DNA of 43,072 bases, taken from Ornithinibacter sp. (GTDB lineage Bacteria > Actinomycetota > Actinomycetes > Actinomycetales > Dermatophilaceae). The stretch's first letter is position 1. Every line of letters starts with the position of its first letter. The stretch is taken from positions 1-43,072 of the forward strand of contig DASQEZ010000076.1 in NCBI GenBank assembly GCA_035633415.1. Direction: 5' to 3'. The notes under the pieces are model-generated. The model worked only from the letters and a program-made list of their open reading frames with translations. It ran no database searches and was not told where the DNA came from. Shown piece by piece: positions 7,549 through 21,594 of this stretch. A program made the position numbers and the translations under genes.

Positions 7549-9999
7549 TCATCGGGGGCCGCGGGCCGGGTCGGTCGGTCGGACCGAGAACCCGTGGAGC
7601 CAGTCGCGCGGCGTGCTCACGAACTCGTCGACGGCGCCGGCGGGAACGGGGCGCGAGAACAGGAAGCCCTGCGCCCGGTGGCACCCGAGCTTGATGAGTG
7701 CCTCGACCTCCGCCTCGCTCTCGACTCCTTCGGCGACCACCGTGAAGCCGATCCGCTCGGCGAACGCGGCGACACCCCACACGAAGCGACGCCGGGCCTC
7801 GTCACGGTCGAGGTTGCCGACGAACGACCGGTCGATCTTGACCTCGTCGATCGGGAGGTCCCGCAGCCGGGACAGCGTGCTCTGCCCGGTGCCGAAGTCG
7901 TCCAGGGAGAGCCGCACACCCAGGGCGCGGAGCTCGTCGCAGACCTGTCGGCTGGTCGTGGTGTCCGCGATCCTCTCCGTCTCGGTGATCTCCAGGCAGA
8001 GCTGCTCGCCGGCCAGCCCGTGGCGAGCGAGCTCGTGGGCAACCCGCACGGGCAGCTCGTGCGAGGCGAGCTGGCCGGGGGTGATGTTCACCGCCACCCG
8101 CAGGCCGGACCCACCCGGTAGCTCCGTCCATCGCGCCAGCTGGGTGCAGGCGTCCTCCAGGACCAGCTGGAACAACGCGTCGATGAGGTTGCAGGACTCG
8201 GCGACCCGCACGAAGACCTCCGGCGGCACGGGGCGGTCCCCCGGGGCCCACCGCGCCAGTGCTTCCACCGTGTGCAGGCGCCCGGTCGCCAGGTCGACGA
8301 TCGGCTGGTAGGCCACGGTGATCTCCTGGTGCGCCAGGGCCGGAGCGAGGGCCCGGCCGAGTGCCGCGTCGTCGACCTCCGCGAGGGTCAGCCCGGCGGT
8401 GTGCAGGAGCACGTCCGCCCCGCCCCGCTGCTTGACCCCGTACATCGCGAGGTCGGCGCGCATCAGCAGCTCGTCGACGGTCGGTGTCGGGTCGAACAGG
8501 TCGACCCGCGCCAGACCGACACTGGCCGACACCCACACCTCGCTGCCTCCGACCGCGAACGGCACCCGAAGGCTGGCGAGCAGCTCGCGGGCGACCTCGG
8601 CGGGGTCGGACTGGTTCTCCAGCAGCACGGCGAACTCGTCCCCGCCGAACCGCGCCAGCGTCTCCGCCTCGGACAGTCGCTGCCGGAAGCGCCAGGCGAC
8701 CTTCTTCAGCAGGTCGTCGCCGGCATGGTGGCCCAGGCGGTCGTTGACGGCCTTGAAGCCGTCGAGGTCCACGAAGCAGATCGCCAACGGGCGCTGGTCG
8801 CGGCGGTGCAGCTGCAGGGCGTGGGTCGCGCGGTCGATGAACAGGGAGCGGTTCGCGAGCCCGGTCAGCGGGTCGTGGAAGGCCTGGTGGCGCAGCTCGG
8901 CCTCCCGCTGGGTCAGGGACCGGGCGAGGTTCTGGTTGTCCCGCACCGTCAGGAACTGTCGGAGGACCACCAGGACCACGAGGACGACGAAGAGCACCAG
9001 CTCCACGAGCGAGACCGCGTTCGTCGAGGCGATCTGCCACGTCATGAGACCCAGCGAACCACCGAGGATGACGTACGGCATCGCTGCGCCGGCGACCAAC
9101 GGCCGATCGGCTCGTGAGCTGGCCGAGGTGGCGCCCGGGGTGAGCGCGGCGAGGGCGAGCACGCCGAACGCGAAGAACCACCCGAGGTCGATCGGGCTGT
9201 CGGTGACGTAGGAGTCCGACGCCACCAGGTAGGCGAAGCCGCTGTCCGCCACGGCCAGCAGCGCGAGCCCCGAGGCGATGACCGCGAGCGGGATCCGGTG
9301 GGCCCTCGAGCGGGACATCACCAGCACGCAGACCACCAGCAGCGCGATGTCCGAGGCCGGGTAGGCGACCGACACCCCCACGGCCAGTGGGGAGTCGCCC
9401 CCGGCGCGGACCACCGCACCCAGGGCCGTGGCCCAGGAGACCAGGCCTATCGCGCAGGCGATCATCAGGCCGTCCAGGGTCATCCGCCAGCGGCCGGTGC
9501 CGGAGACGTCGGACGGGAAGATCGCCAGGGCGATCACCGCGCCGAGCGGGAACCCGAGGAAGCCGATGTCCGCCAGGCCGGGGAAGGGCATGGCGACGTC
9601 CTGGACCAGCTCGTACCAGGACCAGACCGCCTGGCCCAGCGCCCACGACAGGCTCGCCGCCGCCAGGGCGCCCCAGGCGGCCCGCAGCCGCCCGGACGAG
9701 GACAGGGCGGCCAGCGCACAGTTGACGCCTGCCAGCAGCGCGACCGCGGTCTCGCCCAGGTCCGAGAACGTGGCGCCCACCTCACGCGTGCTGTAGAGGG
9801 CCAGCGCCCAGAGCAGCAGGGCGCCCGTGACGACGCCCACCACCACTCGGGCCCGGTACGGCCACCCTGACTTGACGTGCAGCGTCGCGTCCACGACCTG
9901 AGCATGGCCGAGTGTTCCTGAGGGTTGGCTGAGGAAACGCCGCTGCCGGGCAACCACCTGGACGACCGGTGGGTCAGGCGCAGCCCCCGAGGGCGACAC
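7549..9999 (-). CDS. Membrane-bound GGDEF-EAL diguanylate cyclase/phosphodiesterase (start may be about 9894)
   Basis: Multi-TM N-terminus; HDPLTGLANR, DLDGFK, RFGGDEF, VEALARW, LDDFGTG, KIDRSFV, AEGVE, QGFLFS. Confidence 0.92.
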   Translation of the reverse strand: MSPSGAAPDPPVVQVVARQRRFLSQPSGTLGHAQVVDATLHVKSGWPYRARVVVGVVTGALLLWALALYSTREVGATFSDLGETAVALLAGVNCALAALSSSGRLRAAWGALAAASLSWALGQAVWSWYELVQDVAMPFPGLADIGFLGFPLGAVIALAIFPSDVSGTGRWRMTLDGLMIACAIGLVSWATALGAVVRAGGDSPLAVGVSVAYPASDIALLVVCVLVMSRSRAHRIPLAVIASGLALLAVADSGFAYLVASDSYVTDSPIDLGWFFAFGVLALAALTPGATSASSRADRPLVAGAAMPYVILGGSLGLMTWQIASTNAVSLVELVLFVVLVVLVVLRQFLTVRDNQNLARSLTQREAELRHQAFHDPLTGLANRSLFIDRATHALQLHRRDQRPLAICFVDLDGFKAVNDRLGHHAGDDLLKKVAWRFRQRLSEAETLARFGGDEFAVLLENQSDPAEVARELLASLRVPFAVGGSEVWVSASVGLARVDLFDPTPTVDELLMRADLAMYGVKQRGGADVLLHTAGLTLAEVDDAALGRALAPALAHQEITVAYQPIVDLATGRLHTVEALARWAPGDRPVPPEVFVRVAESCNLIDALFQLVLEDACTQLARWTELPGGSGLRVAVNITPGQLASHELPVRVAHELARHGLAGEQLCLEITETERIADTTTSRQVCDELRALGVRLSLDDFGTGQSTLSRLRDLPIDEVKIDRSFVGNLDRDEARRRFVWGVAAFAERIGFTVVAEGVESEAEVEALIKLGCHRAQGFLFSRPVPAGAVDEFVSTPRDWLHGFSVRPTDPARGPR

Positions 10000-10452
10000 T
10001 CATCCGGTGGCCGCGGCGTCGGCCTCCCACCTGCCCAGCACCACGGCGACCGCGAACGCCTCCACCAGGCGCGGGAGCCCGGGGAGGTCCGCTGCGGCAT
10101 CGCCCCGCCAGGCGCTCGTCCGCCGTACCGACCCCAGGCGTCGTCCGCGGTCGTGCCACCTCTCCTCGTGGCGCCACGGGGCGGCGCGCCGGAAGTGGTA
10201 GGTCGTCCCGTCCGCCTCGATGGTCCAGCTCCTGCGACCGATGTCGTGCGCCGTGGCGACCCGGCGGCCCCCGACCTCGGTCAGGCTCGACTCTCCACCC
10301 AGGAGGTTGGCCCGCACGGTGAAGCTTCGCCCGTCGACGTCGAGCCTGCCCCCGGTCGTCCAGAGCGACCGTTCCCACGTCGCCACCGTGCGGCCGTCCT
10401 CGACGAGGTCGTAGCGACCGCCCCACAGCCGCAGCCTGCGGGCCTCGATCAC
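10000..10452 (-). CDS. Hypothetical beta-rich protein (about 150 aa)
   Basis: GTG start after AAGGGAG. Protein-like sequence with repeated W/G strand motifs and a C-terminal hydrophobic helix (LPRLVEAFAVAVVL); a LURP/tubby-like fold is only a guess. Confidence 0.65.
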   Translation of the reverse strand: MIEARRLRLWGGRYDLVEDGRTVATWERSLWTTGGRLDVDGRSFTVRANLLGGESSLTEVGGRRVATAHDIGRRSWTIEADGTTYHFRRAAPWRHEERWHDRGRRLGSVRRTSAWRGDAAADLPGLPRLVEAFAVAVVLGRWEADAAATG

Positions 10453-10698
10453 GGCGCTCCCTTCCCGAAGCGGAAGAAGTGGCCCCCGCGCTGAGTTGTG
10501 GACGCAGCGGCGGAGGCCACTTCGGCCCAGGGACGAACAGCACTGCGTCCGTTCCACGATCAGGGTGCACAGCCACCGGAACCGGCACAAGGGCTCGCGG
10601 GATGAGTTCACCTGCCGTTGGGCGTCTTTTCACCTGAGCCGGGCACACCCCGGCGCGGACCACGCCGACTCCGCCGGCGCACCGGCCGCGTCCCCTCG

Positions 10699-12834
10699 AT
10701 GTCGACGGCCGCTCACCGCACGGTCATCCGGTCATCCGTCGGCCGCGCTCTCTTCACGTCCGTGGCCTGTGCTGCTGTCGTGCCGTCGCCCCCCGCTGCG
10801 CTTCGCCGGGACGTCGAGGGTCTGCGTGCGCTCGCCGTGCTCCTCGTCGTGACCTACCACGTCTGGCTGGGGCGGGTATCGGGTGGCGTCGACGTCTTCC
10901 TCTTCCTGTCGGCCTTCTTCCTCACCGGCGGGCTGGTCCGCCGGCTCGAGCGCGAGGAGCGCATCGATCTCCCGCGGCACTGGCTGCGGGTGTTCCAGCG
11001 GCTCGTCCCGGCAGCGGCCGTGGTCGTCGTGTCGACCGTTCTCGCGGGGGTCGTGCTCCTGCCGGAGACGCGGTGGCGTCAGCTGCTCGTCGATGCCATC
11101 GGCTCCATGACCTACGTGGAGAACTGGGTCCTGGCCCAGCGCGCCGTCGACTACTACGCCGCGGACAAGGGCTCGGCGAGCCCGCTGCAGCACATGTGGT
11201 CGCTCTCGCTGCAGGGTCAGGTCTTCCTGCTGTGGCCGGTGATCGTGGTGGCGCTGGCCGTGCTCGCCCGTCGCATCCCTGTCGTCTCGACGCGAGCCGT
11301 CCTGTGGGTCGGTCTGGGGGCACTGACCCTGGCGTCCTTCGCGTACTCGGTCCACGCGACCGCCGAGCGGCAGTCGTTCGCGTACTTCGACGGCAGGGCA
11401 CGCCTGTGGGAGTTCGGCCTCGGCGGCGTGCTCGCCCTGGTCGTCACTCGGGCGCGCCTCCCCGCAGCCCTCGCCGTGCCCCTGGGATGGGTGGGCCTGG
11501 CCGGTCTGTTGTCCTGCGGCCTGGTGCTCGACGTGACCCGGTCGTTCCCCGGCTGGGCCGCGCTCTGGCCGCTGCTCAGCGCCGGTGCGGTCGTCGTCGC
11601 CGGGACGAGCGTGAGCCGCTGGGGTGTCGGTCGAGCCCTGTCCACCCCGCCGCTCGTCGCCGCCGGCGGCGTCTCCTACGCCCTGTACCTCGTGCACTGG
11701 CCAGTTCTCGTGCTGTGGCTGGCCGCGGCAGGCCGCGCACGGGCCGGCGCCCTCGACGGGGCCGCCGTCGTCCTGCTGTCCCTCGGCCTCGCCTGGCTGC
11801 TGTCCCGCCTCGTCGAGCGGCCCCTGCGGACGTTGCCGTGGCCCCGGGTGGCGCCGTTGCGCTCCGCCACGCTGGTGCTGGGCGGCGCAGGCGTCGTGGC
11901 CGGCGTGGCGATGGCCGGCATCCTGCGGCTGGATGCCGCGGCGGCGCGCGGCGTGGAGCTGTCGTCCGGCTCGGTCGTGGCCGGGTTCCCGGGCGCGCGG
12001 GCGGCCCACGACGGGGTCCAGGTGGCGGCGGTCGCCGCGGACGAGCGGTTGCCCGCGGTGACCGCCCTGCGCCAGGAGTTCGCCTCGTTGCCGATGCGGT
12101 GCGCCGCACCGTGGGCCGACCCGACGCTCGGCCGCGCCTGCAGCCAGCTCGAGCCCACCGGTGCGGCCACCGCGACCGTCGTCGTGGTCGGCGACTCCCA
12201 CGCGGAGCAGTGGCTCGCCGCCCTCCGCCCGCTCGCGGAGGAGAACGGCTGGCGGGTGGTGGCCCTGCTCAGGGGCGCCTGCTCCTTCGGGGACCCGGCC
12301 TCCCGCCGCGGCGACTGCGCCGCCTTCAACGCACGGGTCGTCACGTACCTGGGCGGCCGGTCCATCGACCTCGTCGTGACGGTCGCGACCGCTGCGCACC
12401 CGAGGACCTCGCAGGAACGGCTGGTGACCGGCTATGCCGAGGCGGTCCGCTCTCTGACGGCTCGCGGCGCTCCGGTGGTCGGCCTGCGCGACAACCCTCG
12501 GTACCCCTCCGGGGTCGTCAGCTGCGCGCTGCGCAGGGGCGACCGGGCCTGCACGCCGCCGGTCGCCGAGAAGCTGGCCGCCACCAACCCGGCCGAGCAG
12601 CTCGACGGCGTCGAGGGGTTCACCTCGGTGGACCTCACCGACCTGGTCTGTCCGGGCGGGTGGTGCCCGCCGTCGGTGGGCAACGTCTGGGTCTACCTCG
12701 ACGACAACCACCTCACCCGCTCGTACGCCGCGACGCTGGCGCCGGCGCTGGGCGAGCGGCTCCAGGCAGCCGGTGCGTGGCCGGACGGGACGCCATCCGT
12801 CGTCGCCGGACAACGGCGGGCGCTCAGGCGCTGA
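10699..12834 (+). CDS. Acyltransferase-3 plus SGNH domain O-acyltransferase (OatA/OafA-like)
   Basis: RRDVEGLRALAV..YH, GGVDVFLFLS, HMWSLS, SYALYLVHWP; SGNH motifs GDSHA and DDNH. Start uncertain. Confidence 0.9.
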   Translation: MSTAAHRTVIRSSVGRALFTSVACAAVVPSPPAALRRDVEGLRALAVLLVVTYHVWLGRVSGGVDVFLFLSAFFLTGGLVRRLEREERIDLPRHWLRVFQRLVPAAAVVVVSTVLAGVVLLPETRWRQLLVDAIGSMTYVENWVLAQRAVDYYAADKGSASPLQHMWSLSLQGQVFLLWPVIVVALAVLARRIPVVSTRAVLWVGLGALTLASFAYSVHATAERQSFAYFDGRARLWEFGLGGVLALVVTRARLPAALAVPLGWVGLAGLLSCGLVLDVTRSFPGWAALWPLLSAGAVVVAGTSVSRWGVGRALSTPPLVAAGGVSYALYLVHWPVLVLWLAAAGRARAGALDGAAVVLLSLGLAWLLSRLVERPLRTLPWPRVAPLRSATLVLGGAGVVAGVAMAGILRLDAAAARGVELSSGSVVAGFPGARAAHDGVQVAAVAADERLPAVTALRQEFASLPMRCAAPWADPTLGRACSQLEPTGAATATVVVVGDSHAEQWLAALRPLAEENGWRVVALLRGACSFGDPASRRGDCAAFNARVVTYLGGRSIDLVVTVATAAHPRTSQERLVTGYAEAVRSLTARGAPVVGLRDNPRYPSGVVSCALRRGDRACTPPVAEKLAATNPAEQLDGVEGFTSVDLTDLVCPGGWCPPSVGNVWVYLDDNHLTRSYAATLAPALGERLQAAGAWPDGTPSVVAGQRRALRR

Positions 12835-13717
12835 AGCGCTCGCGTCGGCCCTCCGCTGACCGTGCCCGCCAGTTGCGCCACTCCGCCACGTCACGCTGGT
12901 GGGCGAGGTAGTACCACGCGTACCGGGCCTCGTCGGGTGCCCTGCGCCAGCGCAGGCCGGGCTGGCTGGCGAGGTAGCCGAGGTTGCGGAACGCCCGGTC
13001 CCGTCGGCCACGGTCCCCGGGGACGTAGACCGGCACCCGGCCCCCCAGGATCGGGCGGTAGTCCCGCGCCCCGGTCGGGTGCAGGTAGGACGCGAGCACG
13101 CACGTGCCGAAGCGCAGCCCGCTGCGGACCAGCCGACGGTGCACCTCGACCTCGTCGCCGCGGATGAACAGGCGCGGGTCGGGGACCCCGACCACGTCCA
13201 GGGCCCGGCACGAGAGCAGCGCGCCGTTGAAGAGCTGCGCGACCCCGGGCAGGAACGTCGTGGCGCCCAGCTGGGCGCGGGTGCGCGCCCAGCTCAGGCC
13301 CTGCCGGAGGGGAAAGGCGAGCCGGTCCGGATCGGCGAGGTCGAGCACGAGTGGGGACACGGCATCCAGCGCCTTGTCCTCGGCGCAGCGGAGCAGGGTC
13401 GCGAGGGTGCGGTCGTTCGCGGGGAACCCGTCGTCGTCAGCGAGCCAGACCCAGTCCGCCCCGAGCGCTCGCGCGGTCAGGATGCCGTAGGCGAACCCGC
13501 CCGCGCCACCGAGGTTCGTGCGCGACGGCAGGTAGGTGTGCGGGATCCCGCACCGGCTCAAGGCCTCGCGGTTGCCGTCGTCGGCGCCGTTGTCGACCAG
13601 GACCAGGTGGTCGGGGGGCCGCGACTGACGGGCCAGGGCGTCGAGGCAGCGGGCCAGCGTGTGGGGGCGCCGGTGGGTGACCACGACGCACACGACCCGC
13701 GGTGGGAGGGGGTTCAC
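12824..13717 (-). CDS. glfT1: Galactofuranosyltransferase GlfT1-like (GT2)
   Basis: VVVTHRRP, NLGGAGGF, WVWLADDDG, RLAFPLR, LFNGAL, GVPDPRLFIRGDEVE.HRRL.RSGL.FGTC closely match mycobacterial GlfT1 as I recall it. Confidence 0.85.
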   Translation of the reverse strand: MNPLPPRVVCVVVTHRRPHTLARCLDALARQSRPPDHLVLVDNGADDGNREALSRCGIPHTYLPSRTNLGGAGGFAYGILTARALGADWVWLADDDGFPANDRTLATLLRCAEDKALDAVSPLVLDLADPDRLAFPLRQGLSWARTRAQLGATTFLPGVAQLFNGALLSCRALDVVGVPDPRLFIRGDEVEVHRRLVRSGLRFGTCVLASYLHPTGARDYRPILGGRVPVYVPGDRGRRDRAFRNLGYLASQPGLRWRRAPDEARYAWYYLAHQRDVAEWRNWRARSAEGRRERFSA

Positions 13718-13876
13718 GAGGGCGACCCTACGAGCGCGGGACGACCACCCGGCATCCCCCGGATGAACGCCCGGGTCCGCAGGGATGGAGGCTGCGCGGC
13801 AGCAGCATCAGCGCCACACGAGGGCGTCACGCGCGGGACGCCGGGCGTTCACCGTCAGGCCTTTCGACGTCCGTAG

Positions 13877-17996
<4,120 letters not shown>

Positions 17997-18000
<4 letters not shown>

Positions 18001-18860
18001 CCGCGCGGGTCGACGACGGCCTCGTCGTCCAGGGTCTCGGTGGGGGCCTTCGCGAGGTACTGGCCCGCAGGCACCTCCTCGAGCTGCTCGTCCGCAAGGA
18101 GCTGCGGGTGCGGTACCGGGCGTCGCTGCTCGGTCTGGGCTGGTCCTACGTCAAGCCGGCGGTGCAGTTCGTCGTCTACTTCGTCGGGCTCGGGTTGGTG
18201 CTGAGGCAGAACGCCATCAGCGACTACGCCGTGTACCTGTTCGGCGGTCTCGTCGTCGTCACCACCTTCGGTGAGGCCATCGGCAACGCCACCCGGTCGG
18301 TGGTGGCGAACGGCGAGCTCGTCCGGAAGATCTTCCTGCCCCGCGAGCTGTTCCCGGTCGCGAGCACCTGCGTCGCCGGGGTGCACCTGCTGCCGCAGGT
18401 GCTCGTGCTGCTCGTCGGCTCCCTCGTCGCCGGGTGGCAACCGGATGCCGTCGGCGTCGCGGCGCTGTTCGCAGGGCTGGCGCTGCTGGCCGTGCTCGCC
18501 CTCGGGGCGGGCCTGCTCCTGGCGGCCGTCAACGTGCTGTACCGCGACGTCGAGAACGTCGTCGACCTGCTCGTGATGGTGCTGGTCTGGACCAGCCCGG
18601 TGCTCTACCCGTGGCAGCAGGTGGCCGCCCTCGTCGGCGACTCGTGGTTGCTCACCGTCTACCAGCTCAACCCCCTCACCGTCGCGGTGGAGCTGGTCCA
18701 CCGGGGCACGTGGGCCACCACCTCACCCGAGAACCTCGGTGCCACCCCGCCCGGTCTCGCCTGGCACACGGCCGTGGCCTTCGTCATCGCCGTCGCACTG
18801 GTCCTGGTCGGCCGACGCGTCTTCCGGACCCGGTCGGGCCGCTTCGCCCAGGAGCTGTGA
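17997..18860 (+). CDS. wzm: ABC-2 polysaccharide exporter permease (Wzm)
   Basis: KELRVRYRASLLGLGWSY, LVRKIFLPRE, YRDVEN, SPVLYP, LNPLT, RFAQEL. Confidence 0.92.
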
Positions 18861-18863
18861 GCG

Positions 18864-19598
18864 GTGGTCGACGCCGACACCGCCATCTCGGTCGAGGGTG
18901 CCTCCAAGCACTTCCGGCTGCGGCACACGCACAGCCTCAAGGAGAGCCTGGTCTGGGCGACCCAGCGGCGGCCCCGGCACCACGACTTCCTCGCGCTCGC
19001 CCCGATCGACCTCGAGGTCGCGCGAGGCGAGTCGGTGGCCCTGCTCGGGCGCAACGGATCCGGGAAGTCGACGCTGCTCAAGCTGGTCGCAGGGGTGATG
19101 ACCCCCGACACCGGCCGGGTGCGCGTGCGCGGCCGGCTGGCCGGGCTGCTCGAGGTGGGCGCCGGTTTCCATCCCGACCTCACCGGGCGGGAGAACGTGC
19201 ACCTCAACGCGTCGATCCTCGGGATGTCCCCGGCCCAGGTCGAGGACCGCTTCGACGACATCGTCGAGTTCGCCGACATCGGGCCCTTCCTCGAGACCCA
19301 GGTGCGGTTCTACTCCTCCGGCATGTTCCTTCGTCTCGCGTTCGCCGTCGCCGTGCACACCGACCCCGACGTGTTCCTCGTCGACGAGATCCTCGCGGTG
19401 GGGGACGAGGCCTTCCGGAACAAGTGCCTGCGCCGGATCGAGCAGCTGTCGGCCGACGGGCGCACGCTCGTCGTCGTCAGCCACGACCTCGACCTGATGG
19501 AGCGGCTCTGCGTGCGCGGGGTGGTGCTCGACGGCGGACGCGTCGTCGTCGACGGGCCAGTGAGCGAGGCCGTGCACCACCTACGGGTGAGCCTGTGA
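18864..19598 (+). CDS. wzt: ABC polysaccharide exporter ATPase (Wzt), no C-terminal carbohydrate-binding module
   Basis: GRNGSGKST, GFHPDLTGREN, YSSGMFLRLAF, VDEILAVGD, VSHD. Confidence 0.93.
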   Translation: MVDADTAISVEGASKHFRLRHTHSLKESLVWATQRRPRHHDFLALAPIDLEVARGESVALLGRNGSGKSTLLKLVAGVMTPDTGRVRVRGRLAGLLEVGAGFHPDLTGRENVHLNASILGMSPAQVEDRFDDIVEFADIGPFLETQVRFYSSGMFLRLAFAVAVHTDPDVFLVDEILAVGDEAFRNKCLRRIEQLSADGRTLVVVSHDLDLMERLCVRGVVLDGGRVVVDGPVSEAVHHLRVSL

Positions 19599-21520
19599 CC
19601 TGGTCCACCGCCGCTGCGGCGCTCGCCGTCGCGGGAGCACTCCTCGTCGTGCCGGGCCTGGTCGTCGCGCTCGTGGCCGGTCTCCGCGGGCTGCTGGCGG
19701 CCGCCCTCGCTCCCGTGCTGTCGGTGACCGTGGTCGCGACGACGGCGGTCGCGGCGCAGGTCCTGGGGATGCCGCTGGGTGCCGTCACCCTCGCCGGGGG
19801 TACGGCAGTGGCCCTCCTCGCCGTGGCGGCCCTGCGCCTCGTCGCCCGCCACGCCGGTCGTGACGGGCCGCCCACGCCCTCGGACGGGTGGGCGCCCCTC
19901 ATCGCCGGGCTGGCCGGTGCCGCGGTCGGCGCGGTGTCCATCGGGGTGGGGCTCGCCCGGGGGATGGGCCGGGCCGACCGGTGGCCACAGACGTTCGACG
20001 CCGTCTTCCACCTGTCCGCCGTCGACCGCCTCCTCCGCACGGGCGACGGCTCGTCCCTGACGCTGGGCACCCTGGTCAGCCCCGACCGCGCCAAGGCGTT
20101 CTACCCCGCCGCGTGGCACGACCTGGTCGCACTCGTCGCGTCCTGGTCCGGCGTCGACCCACCGACCGCGGCGAACGCCGTGGCGCTCACCGCCGCGGCG
20201 ATCGCCTGGCCGCTCGGGTGCGTCGCGCTCACTCGGGTCGCCATCGGCCCGGTGCCGGGCGTGCTGGCGACCGCAGGTGTGCTGTCGGCCGGCATCACGG
20301 CATCCCCGGTGCTGCTGACCGGCTACGGCACGCTGTGGCCCAACGCGCTGGCCACCGCACTGCTCCCCGCCTGCCTGGCTCTCCTGGCCGACCTGCTCGA
20401 CCTGGGGCCGCACGCTGCCGTGCCGCGCGTGGTCGGGTGGCCGCTGCTGGCCGCCGCGGTCGTCGGGCTGGGCCTGGCCCACCCCAATGCCGTCGTCTCG
20501 CTCCTCGTCGTCGGCGCGGCCGCACTCGTCGTGGGCTGGTGGGCGCGTGGGGGGCGGGCGCGCGTCATCTCGCTCTCGGCCGCGGCCGTGGTCGCCTGGG
20601 TCGTCCTGCTCTCCCCGGCGTTCGAGGCCCAGCGCGGCACCTCCTGGCCGGCCCGTCAACGACTGCCCCAGGCGCTCGGCGAGTGGCTCGCCCTCGCACC
20701 GCAGCGGGTGCCGATCCCGGTGGTCGTCGCCGGCCTGGTCCTCGTCGGCTGCGTCGTCGCCGCCGTCCGTCCCGGGCTCCGGTGGTTGCTCGCCGTGCAC
20801 CTCACCGGCGGGGCGCTGTTCGTGCTGGTCGCCGGCAGCGACGGCCCCGTGTCGCGGATGGTCAGCGGGGCGTGGTGGGACGACCCGTTCCGGCTCGCGG
20901 CCCTGGTCGGGCTGGCCGGCGTGCCGTTGGCCGCGATCGGGCTCGACGCCATCAGTCGCTGGGCCCTCGCCCGCCTCCCCCGAGCCGCCGGCCCGGCGGT
21001 CGTCACCGCGCTGTCGACCACGGCCGCCGCGATACTCGTCGTGGCCTCCGCCGTGTCGGGCTCGGTCGACACCAGCCGGGTCGTCGCCACGTGGTACCGC
21101 CCGGACTCGATGCTGACCCCGACCGAGAGCGCCTTCGTCGGCACCATCGGGACCGTCGTGCCCGTCGGTGAGCGGGTCGTCGGAAACCCGTGGGACGGGG
21201 CGGCGCTCAGCGGTCCGCTGGCCGAGCGCCAGGCGGTGTTCCCCCACCTCGTCGGGCGCTGGGGCACGGACCGGGAGCTGCTGGCCACCTCGTTGTCGTC
21301 CGTCACGACCAGCACCGGGGTGTGTGCCGCGCTCGACCGCCTGGACGTGCGCTACGCGCTGGTGGGGCCGTCCGGGTTCTGGCCCGACGACAGCCGACGT
21401 GACCTGTACGTGGGACTGGCGGTCGCCGGGCAGCCGGGGTTCGCGCAGGTCGCGGCTGCGGGCCGGGTGTCGCTCTGGCGGATCACCGGCTGCCCCGCGG
21501 GTGACGCCGTCGCCGGATGA
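19595..21520 (+). CDS. Polytopic membrane protein, DUF6541-like
   Basis: GTGA overlap with wzt; many TM helices; QTFDAVFH, FYPAAWH, LWPN, HPN, WWDDPFRL, GNPWDG motifs. Confidence 0.75.
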   Translation: MTWSTAAAALAVAGALLVVPGLVVALVAGLRGLLAAALAPVLSVTVVATTAVAAQVLGMPLGAVTLAGGTAVALLAVAALRLVARHAGRDGPPTPSDGWAPLIAGLAGAAVGAVSIGVGLARGMGRADRWPQTFDAVFHLSAVDRLLRTGDGSSLTLGTLVSPDRAKAFYPAAWHDLVALVASWSGVDPPTAANAVALTAAAIAWPLGCVALTRVAIGPVPGVLATAGVLSAGITASPVLLTGYGTLWPNALATALLPACLALLADLLDLGPHAAVPRVVGWPLLAAAVVGLGLAHPNAVVSLLVVGAAALVVGWWARGGRARVISLSAAAVVAWVVLLSPAFEAQRGTSWPARQRLPQALGEWLALAPQRVPIPVVVAGLVLVGCVVAAVRPGLRWLLAVHLTGGALFVLVAGSDGPVSRMVSGAWWDDPFRLAALVGLAGVPLAAIGLDAISRWALARLPRAAGPAVVTALSTTAAAILVVASAVSGSVDTSRVVATWYRPDSMLTPTESAFVGTIGTVVPVGERVVGNPWDGAALSGPLAERQAVFPHLVGRWGTDRELLATSLSSVTTSTGVCAALDRLDVRYALVGPSGFWPDDSRRDLYVGLAVAGQPGFAQVAAAGRVSLWRITGCPAGDAVAG

Positions 21521-21594
21521 CCCGGTCGTGGATTTCGCATGGCGAGGGCCACGATCTCCAGCGGGTGACGTTGCGGCGCCCCTAGATTCAGGGC

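Noticed and set aside
10732-13011. Long alternative-frame or antisense ORFs over the acyltransferase (and similar ones elsewhere)
   Set aside because: Low-complexity R/G/P/A translations caused by the scarcity of stop codons at high GC.
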